Source of the DNA: Marispirochaeta sp. | Lineage (GTDB): Bacteria; Spirochaetota; Spirochaetia; JC444; Marispirochaetaceae | Length of the DNA: 64,000 nt | Assembly (NCBI GenBank): GCA_963676835.2 | Contig: CAXXFF010000001.1 | Location: 352,001-416,000, forward strand | Direction: 5' to 3' | Shown: positions 29,163-39,505 of the stretch, in pieces | Layout of the letters: each line of letters opens with the position of its first letter | Position numbering within the stretch: position 1 is the stretch's first letter | The notes under the pieces: generated by a model | Told to the model about the DNA's origin: nothing | What the model saw: only the letters and a program-made list of their open reading frames with translations | Database searches by the model: none | Position numbers and translations under genes: made by a program

Positions 29163-29729
29163 TTATCCCACCGGTCCGAAGGCCTTAACCTTTTTAACCA
29201 TGGTTTTTATACGATCAAAATCTGCATCCGGCGGTGCAGTATCCGCAATAGACACAATCAACTTTTTCCCATCCGCCGCAGCCTGAAGAAAATCATCAAG
29301 ATATTTTTCGAAATCATATTCTGTTGTTGAATTGGGTAAAAATAAAATTGAAGGCATACCCCCATAGATGGAAATGCTGTCGCCGAATGCCTGTCTGTGT
29401 TCGTTGAATGAAACACTTGTCATTGGCGCCGGGCAAACCGAATCTGCAATATCAAAATCAGCTTTTACATACAGATCAAGAAGATTGCTGTTTTCACCGT
29501 CGGTATGGGATAAAACGTATTTTCCCTTTGCATGAATCCTGTCAGCACAATCCTTGAGAGTCGGTAAGATATGTTCCTCAAAGAATGGAAGATTCTCTAT
29601 CATGGAATCATAGTTGGAGCCGACTCGGAGAATCTCCGCGTCGGAATCAATTCCAATATCCAATGCCTGATAGAAAGAAAGCTTTATTTTATCCGCCAGT
29701 TCAAGCATTTTTTCCGGATGGTCAAACAT
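29163..29729 (-). pseudogene. N-terminally truncated URO-D-family gene (C-terminal half only)
   Basis: FFEEHILP, GKYVLSHTDG, CPAPMT, IYGG, IADTAPPDADFDR. Only 188 aa, with an in-frame stop 13 codons upstream of the ATG. Confidence 0.65.
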
Positions 29730-29810
29730 TTCGATATGTCTGACTTGTTTCCATTCAAAATTAACTCATGCAGTATTATAAAATCAGCAACCAAAGCATG
29801 ACAAATATAT

Positions 29811-29839
29811 TTGACACAAATTAAGCACAATGTTATATT
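29811..29839 (+). promoter_or_regulatory. sigma70 promoter of hicAB
   Basis: TTGACA, 17 nt, TATATT, with an extended TGn element. Confidence 0.7.
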
Positions 29840-29885
29840 AAAAAGCGTTGAGATGCAAAAAGTAGATTATTAAAGAGGATTCAAA

Positions 29886-30071
29886 ATGCCATTGACAGGT
29901 AAGGAAATGCTTAAGCTGTATAAAAAGCATGGATGGAGGATTGTTAGGCAGAAAGGAAGCCATTATCAGCTTAAAAAAACTTTAAATGGAGTGGATAAAC
30001 TGCAGACAATTCCTGTTCATTCAGGAGATCTTAAGAAAGGACTGGAACAGCGACTGCTGAAGGAGATATAG
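29886..30071 (+). CDS. hicA: HicA-family toxin (mRNA interferase)
   Basis: GWRIVRQKGSHYQL...TIPVH..DLKKG. Confidence 0.92.
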   Translation: MPLTGKEMLKLYKKHGWRIVRQKGSHYQLKKTLNGVDKLQTIPVHSGDLKKGLEQRLLKEI

Positions 30072-30073
30072 AG

Positions 30074-30499
30074 ATGAAATATCATTTTAAGACACATAAG
30101 GAAGAAAACGGCTTTTGGGGTGAGTGCATCGAACTTGAAGGGTGTTACTCAGAAGGTGACACTGTTGAAGAGCTTAAAATAAATCTTGAAGAAGCTTTGA
30201 ACCTGTATCTCGATGAACCCGCAGGGTCATTTACAACCTTTTCTTTGCCGGATGAGACATATGAACAGGATGATGAAATAATCAGCATTCCGGTGGACCC
30301 GGAAGTAGCATTTGCCCTGCTTATCCGTCAGGAACGGATTAAACACAAAATGACACAAATAGAAGTAATGCATGCAATGGGACTAAAAAACCGCAACAGC
30401 TATGCCCGGTTGGAATCCCGGTCCAATCCCTCTCTGACATTATTAAAAAAGGTAATGAAAGTTTTTCCCGAGTTTCCCATAAAGGAATGCCTCTCCTAA
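30074..30499 (+). CDS. hicB: HicB-family antitoxin with C-terminal Xre-like HTH
   Basis: GFWGECIELEGCYSEGDTVEELKINLEEAL; MTQIEV...SYARLE...NPSLTLL. Confidence 0.9.
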   Translation: MKYHFKTHKEENGFWGECIELEGCYSEGDTVEELKINLEEALNLYLDEPAGSFTTFSLPDETYEQDDEIISIPVDPEVAFALLIRQERIKHKMTQIEVMHAMGLKNRNSYARLESRSNPSLTLLKKVMKVFPEFPIKECLS

Positions 30500-30545
30500 A
30501 AAATTCAGTCGGGATTGCAATAGTAAAACCAGTTTATTATGCAAC

Positions 30546-30578
30546 ATACAGTTGTAAATAAAACCTTGACAACTGTAT
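30546..30578. terminator. Inverted repeat between convergent hicB and the ABC ATPase gene
   Basis: ATACAGTTGT-13 nt-ACAACTGTAT, perfect 10-bp stem; no clear U-tract. Confidence 0.4.
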
Positions 30579-30674
30579 CCGTTGTTGGAGGAATGCTGGG
30601 TAGGTTTTGCACTACGTTTAATCAAATGGCGTGAGACTATATGCTTTTAACCTGTTTTGCCTGATTATAAACTC

Positions 30675-32246
30675 TCACCCATCACAGGCGTTCGCAGCAC
30701 TCTCAGGATCCAGGGCTCCGGTAGCCATCAGCGAACCTATTGCATCCACAGTGGCTTTTCCACGGTCCAGAACCCCGACAATACGTCCGCCGAATATTAC
30801 TGCAATACGGTCGGAAAGCTTCATAACTTCATCGAGGTCTTCTGAGATAAGGAGTATTGCTGTTCCCTGGTCGCGCTGTTCTATGAGAGTACGGTGGATA
30901 AATTCAGATGCACCAATATCAACACCCCGTGTCGGCTGTGCTGCTATGAGGACATCAGGCTTACGGGACAGCTCCCGCGCAAGAATCAGCTTCTGGATAT
31001 TTCCGCCGGAAAGATTCTTCAGGGGTGTATCCAGAGTCGGGGTCTTAACTGCAAAGGTCGATACCAGCCCTGCAGCATGCCGGGCCATATGCTTCATTTT
31101 CAGGAAAATCCAGTTTCTGAAAGAAGTACTGGAATGGTCCCGGAGAAATACATTTTCCAATACATTAAAATCCCCGATGGCACCGTCCCTCATACGCTCT
31201 TCGGGAATAAAGGAGAGCCCCGCATCAATACGCTGTGTCAAAGAAGTTCCGGTAATCTCTTCGGCATCAAGAAATACTGTTCCGGAACTTACCTGCCGCA
31301 TACCTGCCAGGCATTCTGCAAGTTCCCGCTGGCCGTTTCCGGAAACCCCTGCCAGACCCAGGATTTCTCCAGACTGCAGAGTCAGGTCTATCCCTTTCAG
31401 TACTTCATTACCCCGGTCACCCTGAGCATGAATATCTCTGATGGAAAGAGCTGTTTTCCCTTCCTTTGGGGCCCGTATTTCCAGCGGCTTTATTTCACGC
31501 CCCACCATCAAGCGAACAAGCTCCTCCCGGGTAACTTCCGAAGTTTTCCGGGTACCCACAGTTGCACCGTCCCGAAGTACGGTTAGACGATCGCTTACAG
31601 CAAGGACCTCATGCAGTTTATGGGAAATAAAGAGCAGGGAATGTCCCTCCTCCACCATTCGCCGCAGGGTACGGAAGAGGTCATCAACCTCTCCCGGAGT
31701 AAGAACCGCGGTCGGCTCGTCCAGAATAATAAGACTTGCTCCCATAAAGAGGGCTTTAAGAATCTCAACCCGCTGCTGCTCTCCCACCGAGAGCTGCCAG
31801 ATGTAGGCGTCCGGTTCAACATGCAGGCCGTAGTCACTGGATAAGGTGCAGATTCTCTCTTTGACCTGGTCCAGATCAAGAAGAAGCCCACGGGAAGATT
31901 TCCGTCCCAGAGCCAGGTTCTGGGCAACCGTCATGGTCGGCACCAGCATAAAATGCTGGTGTATCATTCCGATACCCGCTTTTATGGCGTCTGCGGGAGA
32001 ACGGAACCGGACAGGGATACCGTTGATGCGGATCTCTCCCCCGTCCGGCTGAAACATTCCGTATAACTGACGCATAAGGGTGCTTTTACCAGCACCGTTT
32101 TCCCCCAGCAGGGCGTGAACTTCACCGGAACGCACATCAAGACTTACTCCGTCATTGGCACGGACGCCGGGAAATGTCTTTACAATATCAACCATTTCCA
32201 TGGTCTGGATGTGCTGTGCTGTAGTTACGCCTGCGGGGTTCTGCAT
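30675..32246 (-). CDS. Nucleoside/simple-sugar ABC transporter ATP-binding protein (two ABC domains)
   Basis: GENGAGKST, GMIHQHFML, LSVGEQQRVE, LSGGNIQK, AAQPTRGVD. Confidence 0.95.
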   Translation of the reverse strand: MQNPAGVTTAQHIQTMEMVDIVKTFPGVRANDGVSLDVRSGEVHALLGENGAGKSTLMRQLYGMFQPDGGEIRINGIPVRFRSPADAIKAGIGMIHQHFMLVPTMTVAQNLALGRKSSRGLLLDLDQVKERICTLSSDYGLHVEPDAYIWQLSVGEQQRVEILKALFMGASLIILDEPTAVLTPGEVDDLFRTLRRMVEEGHSLLFISHKLHEVLAVSDRLTVLRDGATVGTRKTSEVTREELVRLMVGREIKPLEIRAPKEGKTALSIRDIHAQGDRGNEVLKGIDLTLQSGEILGLAGVSGNGQRELAECLAGMRQVSSGTVFLDAEEITGTSLTQRIDAGLSFIPEERMRDGAIGDFNVLENVFLRDHSSTSFRNWIFLKMKHMARHAAGLVSTFAVKTPTLDTPLKNLSGGNIQKLILARELSRKPDVLIAAQPTRGVDIGASEFIHRTLIEQRDQGTAILLISEDLDEVMKLSDRIAVIFGGRIVGVLDRGKATVDAIGSLMATGALDPESAANACDG

Positions 32247-32285
32247 CAGTCTGTCCCTTTATCTATCTTCTTCTCGTTATTCTGG

Positions 32286-33296
32286 TCAGGGTGTAATTTT
32301 AGTAGCACCGGAGGCGATGTCGGCAATTACCTTTTCTGCTGCCTTTTTAACATCCCCGGGGATACTGTAACCGGAATTGAAGCCGATTTTCAGGCCGCCG
32401 TTTTCCAGGGTAAGTACGTAAGTCTTGCCGCCGTATACACCTTTTTCCGTAGCCGCAATCATATCCTTGATCATGGCACTCCAGTCATATACCTGACTGG
32501 CAACAACCAGTGAAGTGGAGAGGGATGACTGATCAGCCTGAGTACCAAACCAGAGTACATCCCCTGCTTTTTCAGCTGCGCCGATGGAACCGACAACCGC
32601 CTGGGATGATCCGGTGAGAATGTCTGCGCCTGCTGCGATCTGGGTCTGTGCCGCTGCTGCCATAAGGGCTACGTCGGAGAAAGAGCCGGTCCAGGTTTCT
32701 GAAACATTGGCATCGGGCTTAACCGATTTTACACCCTGCACAAAACCGCTGATATAGGTATGGGCATCACCGACATTTACCGGGCCGGTAACTCCGATTA
32801 CTCCGCTTTTTGTAAGCATACCAGCCATGACGCCGTTGACATATCCGCCCTGCTCAGCAGCCGCAGTATATGCATAGACATTGGGAAGACCGAAGGTATT
32901 TACATCTGTACCCCAGGCAAAGGCTGTATCGGGAAAGTCCGGTGCAATTTCTTCAACAAGAGCGCCGTACTGGGAACCGTGGGCAATAACCATATGGTAG
33001 CCCTGTCCCGCATAATCACGGATGGCCGCTGCCGCATCGGGCACTTTAAACATATTCTCGGAATAAACCAGTTCTACTGCGCTTTCGCCGCCGAGCTCTG
33101 CCTGAACAGACTTCAACGCGGTCCACATGGACTGACTGAAAGCTGTATCCGTAGTTGCACTGGGCATAATAACCGCAATGCGGAAAGGTTCACCGGCAGC
33201 AGAACTTGTCTCTTCTGACTGACCGCCGGCAAAAAGAGAACCTGTAACCAATACAAGCCCAGCTACGATTAACATCACCATTAGATTCTTTTTCAT
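32286..33296 (-). CDS. BMP-family ABC substrate-binding protein (probably nucleosides)
   Basis: Signal LFAGGQSE, DTAFSQS, IAHGSQY, TWTGSFSD, GADI; start taken at MKKNL. Confidence 0.88.
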   Translation of the reverse strand: MKKNLMVMLIVAGLVLVTGSLFAGGQSEETSSAAGEPFRIAVIMPSATTDTAFSQSMWTALKSVQAELGGESAVELVYSENMFKVPDAAAAIRDYAGQGYHMVIAHGSQYGALVEEIAPDFPDTAFAWGTDVNTFGLPNVYAYTAAAEQGGYVNGVMAGMLTKSGVIGVTGPVNVGDAHTYISGFVQGVKSVKPDANVSETWTGSFSDVALMAAAAQTQIAAGADILTGSSQAVVGSIGAAEKAGDVLWFGTQADQSSLSTSLVVASQVYDWSAMIKDMIAATEKGVYGGKTYVLTLENGGLKIGFNSGYSIPGDVKKAAEKVIADIASGATKITP

Positions 33297-33342
33297 CTCA
33301 ATCCTCCTGATCGATAAATGAATAAACATATTTTTACCACCC

Positions 33343-34275
33343 TTAAGATTCCCCGCGAATGAAGGGTCTGTTGAGGGCGGCAGGTTTACGACCTTTTCTG
33401 CCGGAAAATGTAAGTACCACTACGGTAAGGATATAGGGCAGCATATTTGCCAGGTTTGGCGGCACAGGCACACCAAGAACCTGCATCCAGAGCTGAAAGG
33501 AGTTTGCCACACTGAAAAGCAATGCGCCGAACATAACACCCACAGGTGTCCAGCCACCGAAATAGACAAGTGCGACAGCTATAAAACCCTGCCCGGCAGT
33601 CAGATTGTCCTGAAACAGGTTCAGGGACGATATTGAAAGGGACGCGCCAGCCAGGCCGGCCAGAATGGCACCGATACAGACACAGATATACCGGACAAGA
33701 TCGATATTGATTCCCCTGGAGTCTGCAGCCGCCGGATTCTGCCCGACTGCCTTGATGGTAAGTCCCCAGGTGGTCTTCTCAAGAATCCACCAGGAAAGCG
33801 GAACTGCCGCAAAGGCAATATAAACAAGAATGCTGTGATTAAAGAATATAGGACCAAGTACGGGGATATCTCCCAGAAGAGGTACCTTCACCACAGGAAA
33901 ACCCTTCACGGTTTTTACTGTGCCCACAAGAACCTTAAACAGAAGGCTGGACATGCCCAGACCGAACATCTGAAGTCCTATACCGCTTACACCCTGTTCA
34001 GCTTTCATTGTAACACTGATAAAGGACATTAAAAGCCCCATACAAAGCCCTATCATGGCGGCAACGGCAATCCCGAGGAACAGACTTCCAGTGGTAAGGA
34101 CTGCATAGAAAGCACCGAATGCACTGAGAAGCATTATGCCGTCCACACCGAGATTAACAACACCGGAGTTCTGGGAGAATGTCTCACCCAAAGCGGCAAG
34201 CAGAAACGGCGTAGCCAGCACCAGCATGGTATTGAAAATGCCCGTTACAACGGTAAGGGTAAAAAAAGTATTCAT
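33343..34275 (-). CDS. Nucleoside ABC transporter permease
   Basis: LAALGE...SGVVNLGVDG.ML, AVGQNP.AADSRGI, AGQGFIAVA, LPYILT. Confidence 0.92.
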   Translation of the reverse strand: MNTFFTLTVVTGIFNTMLVLATPFLLAALGETFSQNSGVVNLGVDGIMLLSAFGAFYAVLTTGSLFLGIAVAAMIGLCMGLLMSFISVTMKAEQGVSGIGLQMFGLGMSSLLFKVLVGTVKTVKGFPVVKVPLLGDIPVLGPIFFNHSILVYIAFAAVPLSWWILEKTTWGLTIKAVGQNPAAADSRGINIDLVRYICVCIGAILAGLAGASLSISSLNLFQDNLTAGQGFIAVALVYFGGWTPVGVMFGALLFSVANSFQLWMQVLGVPVPPNLANMLPYILTVVVLTFSGRKGRKPAALNRPFIRGES

Positions 34276-35387
34276 GCGGCACCCTGCTTGTTGAATCGTG
34301 ATCTGACCCGTTGAATCCAGCGCTGAGTCCAGAAGGCTGAACCGGAAACAAAGAGCACCACCAGCCCGAGAATGGCATCAATGAGAGCAGCGGGAACCTG
34401 AACCGCCCGCTGCATGGTATCCGCTCCGACAAGAAGGCCTCCAAAGAAAATGGAAGCCGGAATCAGCCCCAGGGGATGCAGCCATCCCAGCAGGGCGGCC
34501 ACTATTCCGGAAAAACCGTAACCGCTGGTCATTCCCTCCATTAGACGGTGCTGGACACCGATAACCTCAATGGCACCGGCAAGACCAGCCAGACCTCCGG
34601 CGAGAGTCAGGGACAGCGCCTGATAAAAAGGCACATTAATGCCGGAATACCGGGAGGCATTGGGGTTGAGCCCGACCGCCCGTACACGGTAACCGATGGT
34701 TGTCCTCCAGAGGAAGAAATAGACAACCACCGCCATTGCAAGGGCTATAAACAGGCCTGTGTGAAGCATGGTCCTTGGAATGATCCGCTGAAGCCATACA
34801 GCCTGGGGAAGTCTTGCAGATTGAGCAAGATAGGTCCCGGCTTCAATGCCCTTGGGGTCCATCATTGGTCCCTGGAGGAGAAATCCCATTAAAAGCAGCG
34901 CCACGGAATTCATCATAATTGTTGTGAGGATTTCATTGACATCGTATCTGGCTTTTAATACTCCCGGAATAAAGCCCCAGAAGGACCCGGCGATAAATGC
35001 AACAAGCAGAACAGAAGGAATAAGTATAATTCCCGGCCATGTTGATGCGGAAAGAGCAAAAGCCGTTGCAGCAAGAGCCCCGGCGATCATCTGCCCCTGC
35101 CCGCCTATATTTATACAGCTTGCCCGGAATGCGATAGAGATACCCAGCCCCACCAGCAGCAGGGGCGTGGCCTTTACCAGAGTCTGGGTAATGCCAAACT
35201 TGTTTCCTGCTGCACCATTTAAAAGTGCCTTATAGGCATTTACGGGATTGGTCTTCAATGCAAGCAGAAAAAGGGCCCCGATAAAAAGTGCGGCTGTAAT
35301 ACTTACTACAGGCACTAGAATCCGGATTCCAATTTCCTTCCAGTTCCTTTTTGCACTGAGATAATCACCTTTTTCTCGGTCTGACAA
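34272..35387 (-). CDS. Nucleoside ABC transporter permease
   Basis: KATPLLLVGLG, NIGGQGQ, VNEILTTIMMN, RAVGLNPNASRYSG, GYGFSGIVAALLG. Confidence 0.92.
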   Translation of the reverse strand: MSDREKGDYLSAKRNWKEIGIRILVPVVSITAALFIGALFLLALKTNPVNAYKALLNGAAGNKFGITQTLVKATPLLLVGLGISIAFRASCINIGGQGQMIAGALAATAFALSASTWPGIILIPSVLLVAFIAGSFWGFIPGVLKARYDVNEILTTIMMNSVALLLMGFLLQGPMMDPKGIEAGTYLAQSARLPQAVWLQRIIPRTMLHTGLFIALAMAVVVYFFLWRTTIGYRVRAVGLNPNASRYSGINVPFYQALSLTLAGGLAGLAGAIEVIGVQHRLMEGMTSGYGFSGIVAALLGWLHPLGLIPASIFFGGLLVGADTMQRAVQVPAALIDAILGLVVLFVSGSAFWTQRWIQRVRSRFNKQGAA

Positions 35388-35704
35388 GAAGTTCCCCCAA
35401 CTATGGTATCAGTAATTTTAACCCGGCTTTACCTGACAAGTAAAACAAAAAGAGTGCCAAGATTACAGAGTTCTCTAAACAAAATGTAACTTCTTTTAAT
35501 AGCGTTAGTTAGTAATGGTTACTTTTTGTATGGATTTATTTCTTATTGATTTGATCGACATTAATGAATGAAAATAGCATTCAAAACTACCAGAATGTCG
35601 TTTCTGGATTATACCACACCTGAGGGATCCTGTAGCCTCTCTACATTTGCTGAGTCTTTAGAGAATTAGTATATTTTGCCCGTAACACACCTCTGGAGAT
35701 TTAT

Positions 35705-36511
35705 ATGGATCAGTTTATAGAAAAAGCCCTGGAGTGGATTGCTGTATATGGATTAAAAGTTATTGCCGCTCTTGCAATCCTGATTTTCGGCCGTATAACA
35801 GCAAAGATTATCCGCAAGGTCCTCACCAAGATTCTTACCCGGGGGAAGATAGATCCCACCCTTGTTTCTTTCACCTCGAGCGTTGCCTATGTCTTTCTGA
35901 TGGCTTTTGTCTTTATTGCCGCAGTAGGACAGCTGGGAGTGCAGACGGCCTCCTTCGTAGCAGTAATCGGTGCGGCGGGACTTGCTGTCGGCCTGGCACT
36001 TCAGGGTTCGCTGTCAAATTTTGCCGCCGGCGTACTGATGATCATCTTCAAGCCTTTTAAAATCGGAGACTATGTGGAAGCAGGGGGTACTGCGGGTACA
36101 GTATCTGAAATAGGGATTTTTACCACAGAACTGAATACGCCGGATAATAAAAAGGTGATTATCCCCAACTCAAAAGCCACAGGCGGGGTAATTACCAATT
36201 ATTCAGTAAATGATAAACGCCGAATCGATATTGTGGCCAGTGTCAGCTATAAGGATAATCTGGATACGGTAAGGAAGGTACTCGAGGAGATTGTTTCCAG
36301 AGAAGAACGCATTCTTGAGGAACCGGCACCGACCATTGGAGTGCTTGAACTGGCGGAGAGCAGTATCGATTTTGCTGTACGACCCTGGGTTGCCACGGCA
36401 GATTACTGGAAAGTCCGCTTTTCCCTGCTTGAAGAGATTAAACGCCGCTTTGATGAGAATGGTATTTCAATCCCCTTCCCTCAGTCGGATGTTCACCTTA
36501 TTAAGGAATAA
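35705..36511 (+). CDS. mscS: Small-conductance mechanosensitive channel
   Basis: GAAGLAVGLALQGSLSNFAAG, PFKIGD, IPN, ISIPFPQ. Confidence 0.95.
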   Translation: MDQFIEKALEWIAVYGLKVIAALAILIFGRITAKIIRKVLTKILTRGKIDPTLVSFTSSVAYVFLMAFVFIAAVGQLGVQTASFVAVIGAAGLAVGLALQGSLSNFAAGVLMIIFKPFKIGDYVEAGGTAGTVSEIGIFTTELNTPDNKKVIIPNSKATGGVITNYSVNDKRRIDIVASVSYKDNLDTVRKVLEEIVSREERILEEPAPTIGVLELAESSIDFAVRPWVATADYWKVRFSLLEEIKRRFDENGISIPFPQSDVHLIKE

Positions 36512-36548
36512 GCAGAAACATTCAATCAAATACTCTCAAGGAGCTATC

Positions 36549-36953
36549 ATGGAAATAACCCTGACCACACCGGCACTTTTGTTTTCAGCTATTTCACTGT
36601 TACTTCTGGCATATACAAACCGTTATCTTACTCTGGCAGGGCTGATTAGAGATTTATCTTCCGGAAAATCCGGTCAATCCCGTGAAAGCATCTCAGCCCA
36701 GATAGAAAACTTACGAAAGAGGATATACCTGATTCAGTCCATGCAGCTTTTCGGGGTAATGAGTTTTTTCCTCTGCGTGGCGACCATGCTGATCCTGTTT
36801 TTCGGACGCATTGCTTTTGGAGAAATAGTCTTTGCCGCAAGTCTGATCTGCCTGCTTGCATCCCTTGGAATATCAATAAGGGAAATTAGTATATCTATTA
36901 AAGCACTGGATATACAGTTAGGCAGCTGTGATCTTTGCGATGATAATGAGTAG
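36549..36953 (+). CDS. DUF2721-family membrane protein
   Basis: MEITLTTPALLFSAISLLLLAYTNR...QIENLRKRI.LI; AAGGAG RBS before ATG 36549. Confidence 0.8.
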   Translation: MEITLTTPALLFSAISLLLLAYTNRYLTLAGLIRDLSSGKSGQSRESISAQIENLRKRIYLIQSMQLFGVMSFFLCVATMLILFFGRIAFGEIVFAASLICLLASLGISIREISISIKALDIQLGSCDLCDDNE

Positions 36954-36973
36954 AAACGAAAACTACTGATATA

Positions 36974-37657
36974 CTAAACAACCGGATCCGGTACCGGGGC
37001 GATCTCTTTAAGAATGTCTGCCACTCTCAGAGCTTCAGCACCGCCGTCTATCAATATAGCTGTTTGAGGATATTCAGCAACGCGATCCTGCAGAAATGAA
37101 CTTATCAGCACAACTGTTTTCATACCTGCATTGACTCCGGCTTGTGCTCCGCTTATTGAGTCTTCAATCACCAGACAGTTTTCCGGGGTTTTTCCCAGGA
37201 TTTCCGCGGCTTTAAGGAAAACATCCGGCGCAGGCTTGCCGTTTTCAACCTTTTCCGCGGATAAAATCAGGTCAAAATATTCGCCCAGTCCGATCTGTTC
37301 AATGAGCTCTTCCAGAACTGCCTGGGAAGTTCCCGAGGCTACAGCCATAGTTATATCCAGGCTTTTCAATGTCTCCAGCAGTTTCCGCATTACCGGAAAA
37401 ACCGGGGTTTTTTTTCTGGCAAGCTCAAGGTAAAGCTCGTCTTTTTTTGTCAGCATATCTTCGATTGATGCCGTTATGCCAAACCGCTGCTTCATGGCAT
37501 TCAGAAAGCGGTGTGCACCTATGCCGATATATTGATCATGTTCCCGGAGAGATAGATTTCCCCCAAAAAGGGCAATAGTCTGACAATCGCTGACAGCAAA
37601 ATTGGGTTCACTGTCTACCAGGGTTCCATCAAAGTCGAAGAGTACTGTATCGATCAT
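36974..37657 (-). CDS. HAD-family phosphatase (beta-PGM/CbbY-like)
   Basis: FDFDGTLVDSE, GKPAPDVF, IEDS.SG. Confidence 0.92.
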   Translation of the reverse strand: MIDTVLFDFDGTLVDSEPNFAVSDCQTIALFGGNLSLREHDQYIGIGAHRFLNAMKQRFGITASIEDMLTKKDELYLELARKKTPVFPVMRKLLETLKSLDITMAVASGTSQAVLEELIEQIGLGEYFDLILSAEKVENGKPAPDVFLKAAEILGKTPENCLVIEDSISGAQAGVNAGMKTVVLISSFLQDRVAEYPQTAILIDGGAEALRVADILKEIAPVPDPVV

Positions 37658-37723
37658 TGGCGCACGGTAGCATAAAGCGTGGGAGTGTTCAATGAAGTAG
37701 TGGATAGGTCTATCTTCTTGCTG

Positions 37724-37780
37724 AATACATAACGGGATCTATTAAATTCATTAACTTTGCCAGATCCCGTTTTATGTATT
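37724..37780. terminator. Long inverted repeat downstream of hipA
   Basis: AATACATAACGGGATCT ... AGATCCCGTTTTATGTATT (2-nt bulge, 21-nt loop). Confidence 0.45.
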
Positions 37781-37865
37781 TATCTTATTCCAATAGATAA
37801 AACTCTATGGCCGATTCAAAGATGGTTTCATTATAATTATCCACTTTTAGCGCTCTCCGTACTCT

Positions 37866-39170
37866 TTAAACAAGCAACCCCAGTCTCAAATTAGACTCTA
37901 CCGTTACTTTCAAGTTCTTTGATAATTCATGTTCCGCAGCCAGTTTAGGAAAACAGGAAAATGCTTCGCCTACCTGGGCAATGATATCCCTGCTTTTCTT
38001 TTCGGTAAGATTGCAATATCTGCCAAACTGCAGTAAATCATCGTACACAAAATCATTGTTTTTCCGGTTCAACCAGCACTGATGGTTCCTGGTAAACTTT
38101 CCTGCCGGATCGTAGGAATAGGTCAGATCAAAAGCCGGAGAAAGACTCCACTTACCTGCTCTATTCATTAGGAACCCGGTATTTTTGGTATGATCGTCCT
38201 GATTTCTTCCCAACACATTAAAAACAGCCCGCCGGAATAGTTCTGTTTCAGCATTTTGCCCCAACTTCAACTGCCTGGTAAGCAGTATAAGCTGCTCATA
38301 GGAATTAATGTCATCCCTATCGGCATGTGCAAGACCTGCCCATGAGGCATAGTGCAGTTTATTTATCTTTTCATTTCTGAGTATGCGATCGAATCGCTCA
38401 ATGAGAAAATGCCTGTCCTTGCCATCATCAATCAATTCAGTCCTGGGCATATTAATGCCCGCCTTTCGGGCGATAAGGCTGTAGATATATTCCAGTACCG
38501 GCATCCCCCTGGGGTCCCTGTTATCCTTATCTCTATTGCTACCTGAATCGAACTTTAAAAGCCAATATGTGTAATGGGGTCCATGATTAATAGTTCCGTC
38601 AAAGATTTTTCCGGTGCTGGATTTCGCAACCAGAGCCTTTGACCGTGCACCTCCGGCACTGGAGCCTATTCGAATCATGGTCAACGCCGCCGCATGGTCA
38701 TCGGTGGAAAGCAGGTTTTCATTCAACTCGGATTGACGTTGCTGAACCCGCTCTGCCAATTCAGATAACTGCTGCAAGTCAAGCGCTGAACGCTGCAAAG
38801 GAAGGGATTCTCCCGGCTTATATTCTAGTGCCCCCATGCCGCGATCCGCAACATAGTTCAGCCTGTCCAGTGCAGTAACCTCATGGGCGGGTATATTCTT
38901 CTCTGTCATATAGATGTCAATTAATTGGTTACCGTATTTGTCCGGCAGAGAATCTGCGATAAAACCGGGAACCCCCTGAAAGGACTTAAAGCCTATTCCA
39001 TCAAAGGAAAAACGACTCGGTGGGTACCGCAAATGGATAGGAGCTACCTGAATACCTGATTCCATAAAATCCGGTTCGTATTCAAATGTGGCAATACGTG
39101 TTTGACCCGGAGCGTACCCAAGTGAGCCTATTTTAGTGCCCCAGAGCCAAACATCAACAATTCCCCTCAC
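37866..39170 (-). CDS. hipA: HipA-family Ser/Thr kinase toxin
   Basis: N-terminal couple domain (DSLPDKYG, RGMGALEY), SSAGGARSKA, WLLKFD, FLIERFDR, NQDDHTKN, LSPAFD. Confidence 0.93.
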   Translation of the reverse strand: MRGIVDVWLWGTKIGSLGYAPGQTRIATFEYEPDFMESGIQVAPIHLRYPPSRFSFDGIGFKSFQGVPGFIADSLPDKYGNQLIDIYMTEKNIPAHEVTALDRLNYVADRGMGALEYKPGESLPLQRSALDLQQLSELAERVQQRQSELNENLLSTDDHAAALTMIRIGSSAGGARSKALVAKSSTGKIFDGTINHGPHYTYWLLKFDSGSNRDKDNRDPRGMPVLEYIYSLIARKAGINMPRTELIDDGKDRHFLIERFDRILRNEKINKLHYASWAGLAHADRDDINSYEQLILLTRQLKLGQNAETELFRRAVFNVLGRNQDDHTKNTGFLMNRAGKWSLSPAFDLTYSYDPAGKFTRNHQCWLNRKNNDFVYDDLLQFGRYCNLTEKKSRDIIAQVGEAFSCFPKLAAEHELSKNLKVTVESNLRLGLLV

Positions 39171-39505
39171 TCTTCATCCCCCCAGTGAAATTCTCCATCC
39201 CTTTTCTGTTTATCCCGCACACGTTTGGGCAAATCGTCCTCACTATTCCCCATGGGACTGTAGACTTCTGATTCCGGAAACATCAACTTAAGTCGCTCCG
39301 CCTCCCCCAGAGCCCGGAGCAGCCGAATAAAGCTCTTTAAACTGGTGCCGGTAGACCCCTGTTTGAAGTTATAAAAGGTTTTCCGGCTTATTCCGGAGGA
39401 CTCTTCGAGTTCTGTTTCCTTCAGCTGGTGCTCAATACGTATTTTTTCAACCCGGGCGGCCAGATCCCGTATAATGTCCTCATCGGCCATATTGTTGTAA
39501 TTCAT
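39167..39505 (-). CDS. HipB-like HTH antitoxin
   Basis: Xre-like helix pattern (RIEHQL...SGISRKTFYNFKQG..TSLKSFIRLLRALG); 4-nt overlap with hipA. Confidence 0.85.
   Translation of the reverse strand: MNYNNMADEDIIRDLAARVEKIRIEHQLKETELEESSGISRKTFYNFKQGSTGTSLKSFIRLLRALGEAERLKLMFPESEVYSPMGNSEDDLPKRVRDKQKRDGEFHWGDEE

Noticed and set aside
30631..31806. Long plus-strand ORFs of 264, 230 and 121 aa
   Set aside because: Antisense shadows of the ABC ATPase gene.
37658..37673. TTGGCGCACGGTAGCA as a sigma54 promoter
   Set aside because: GG-GC spacing is 9 rather than 10, and no plus-strand gene follows.
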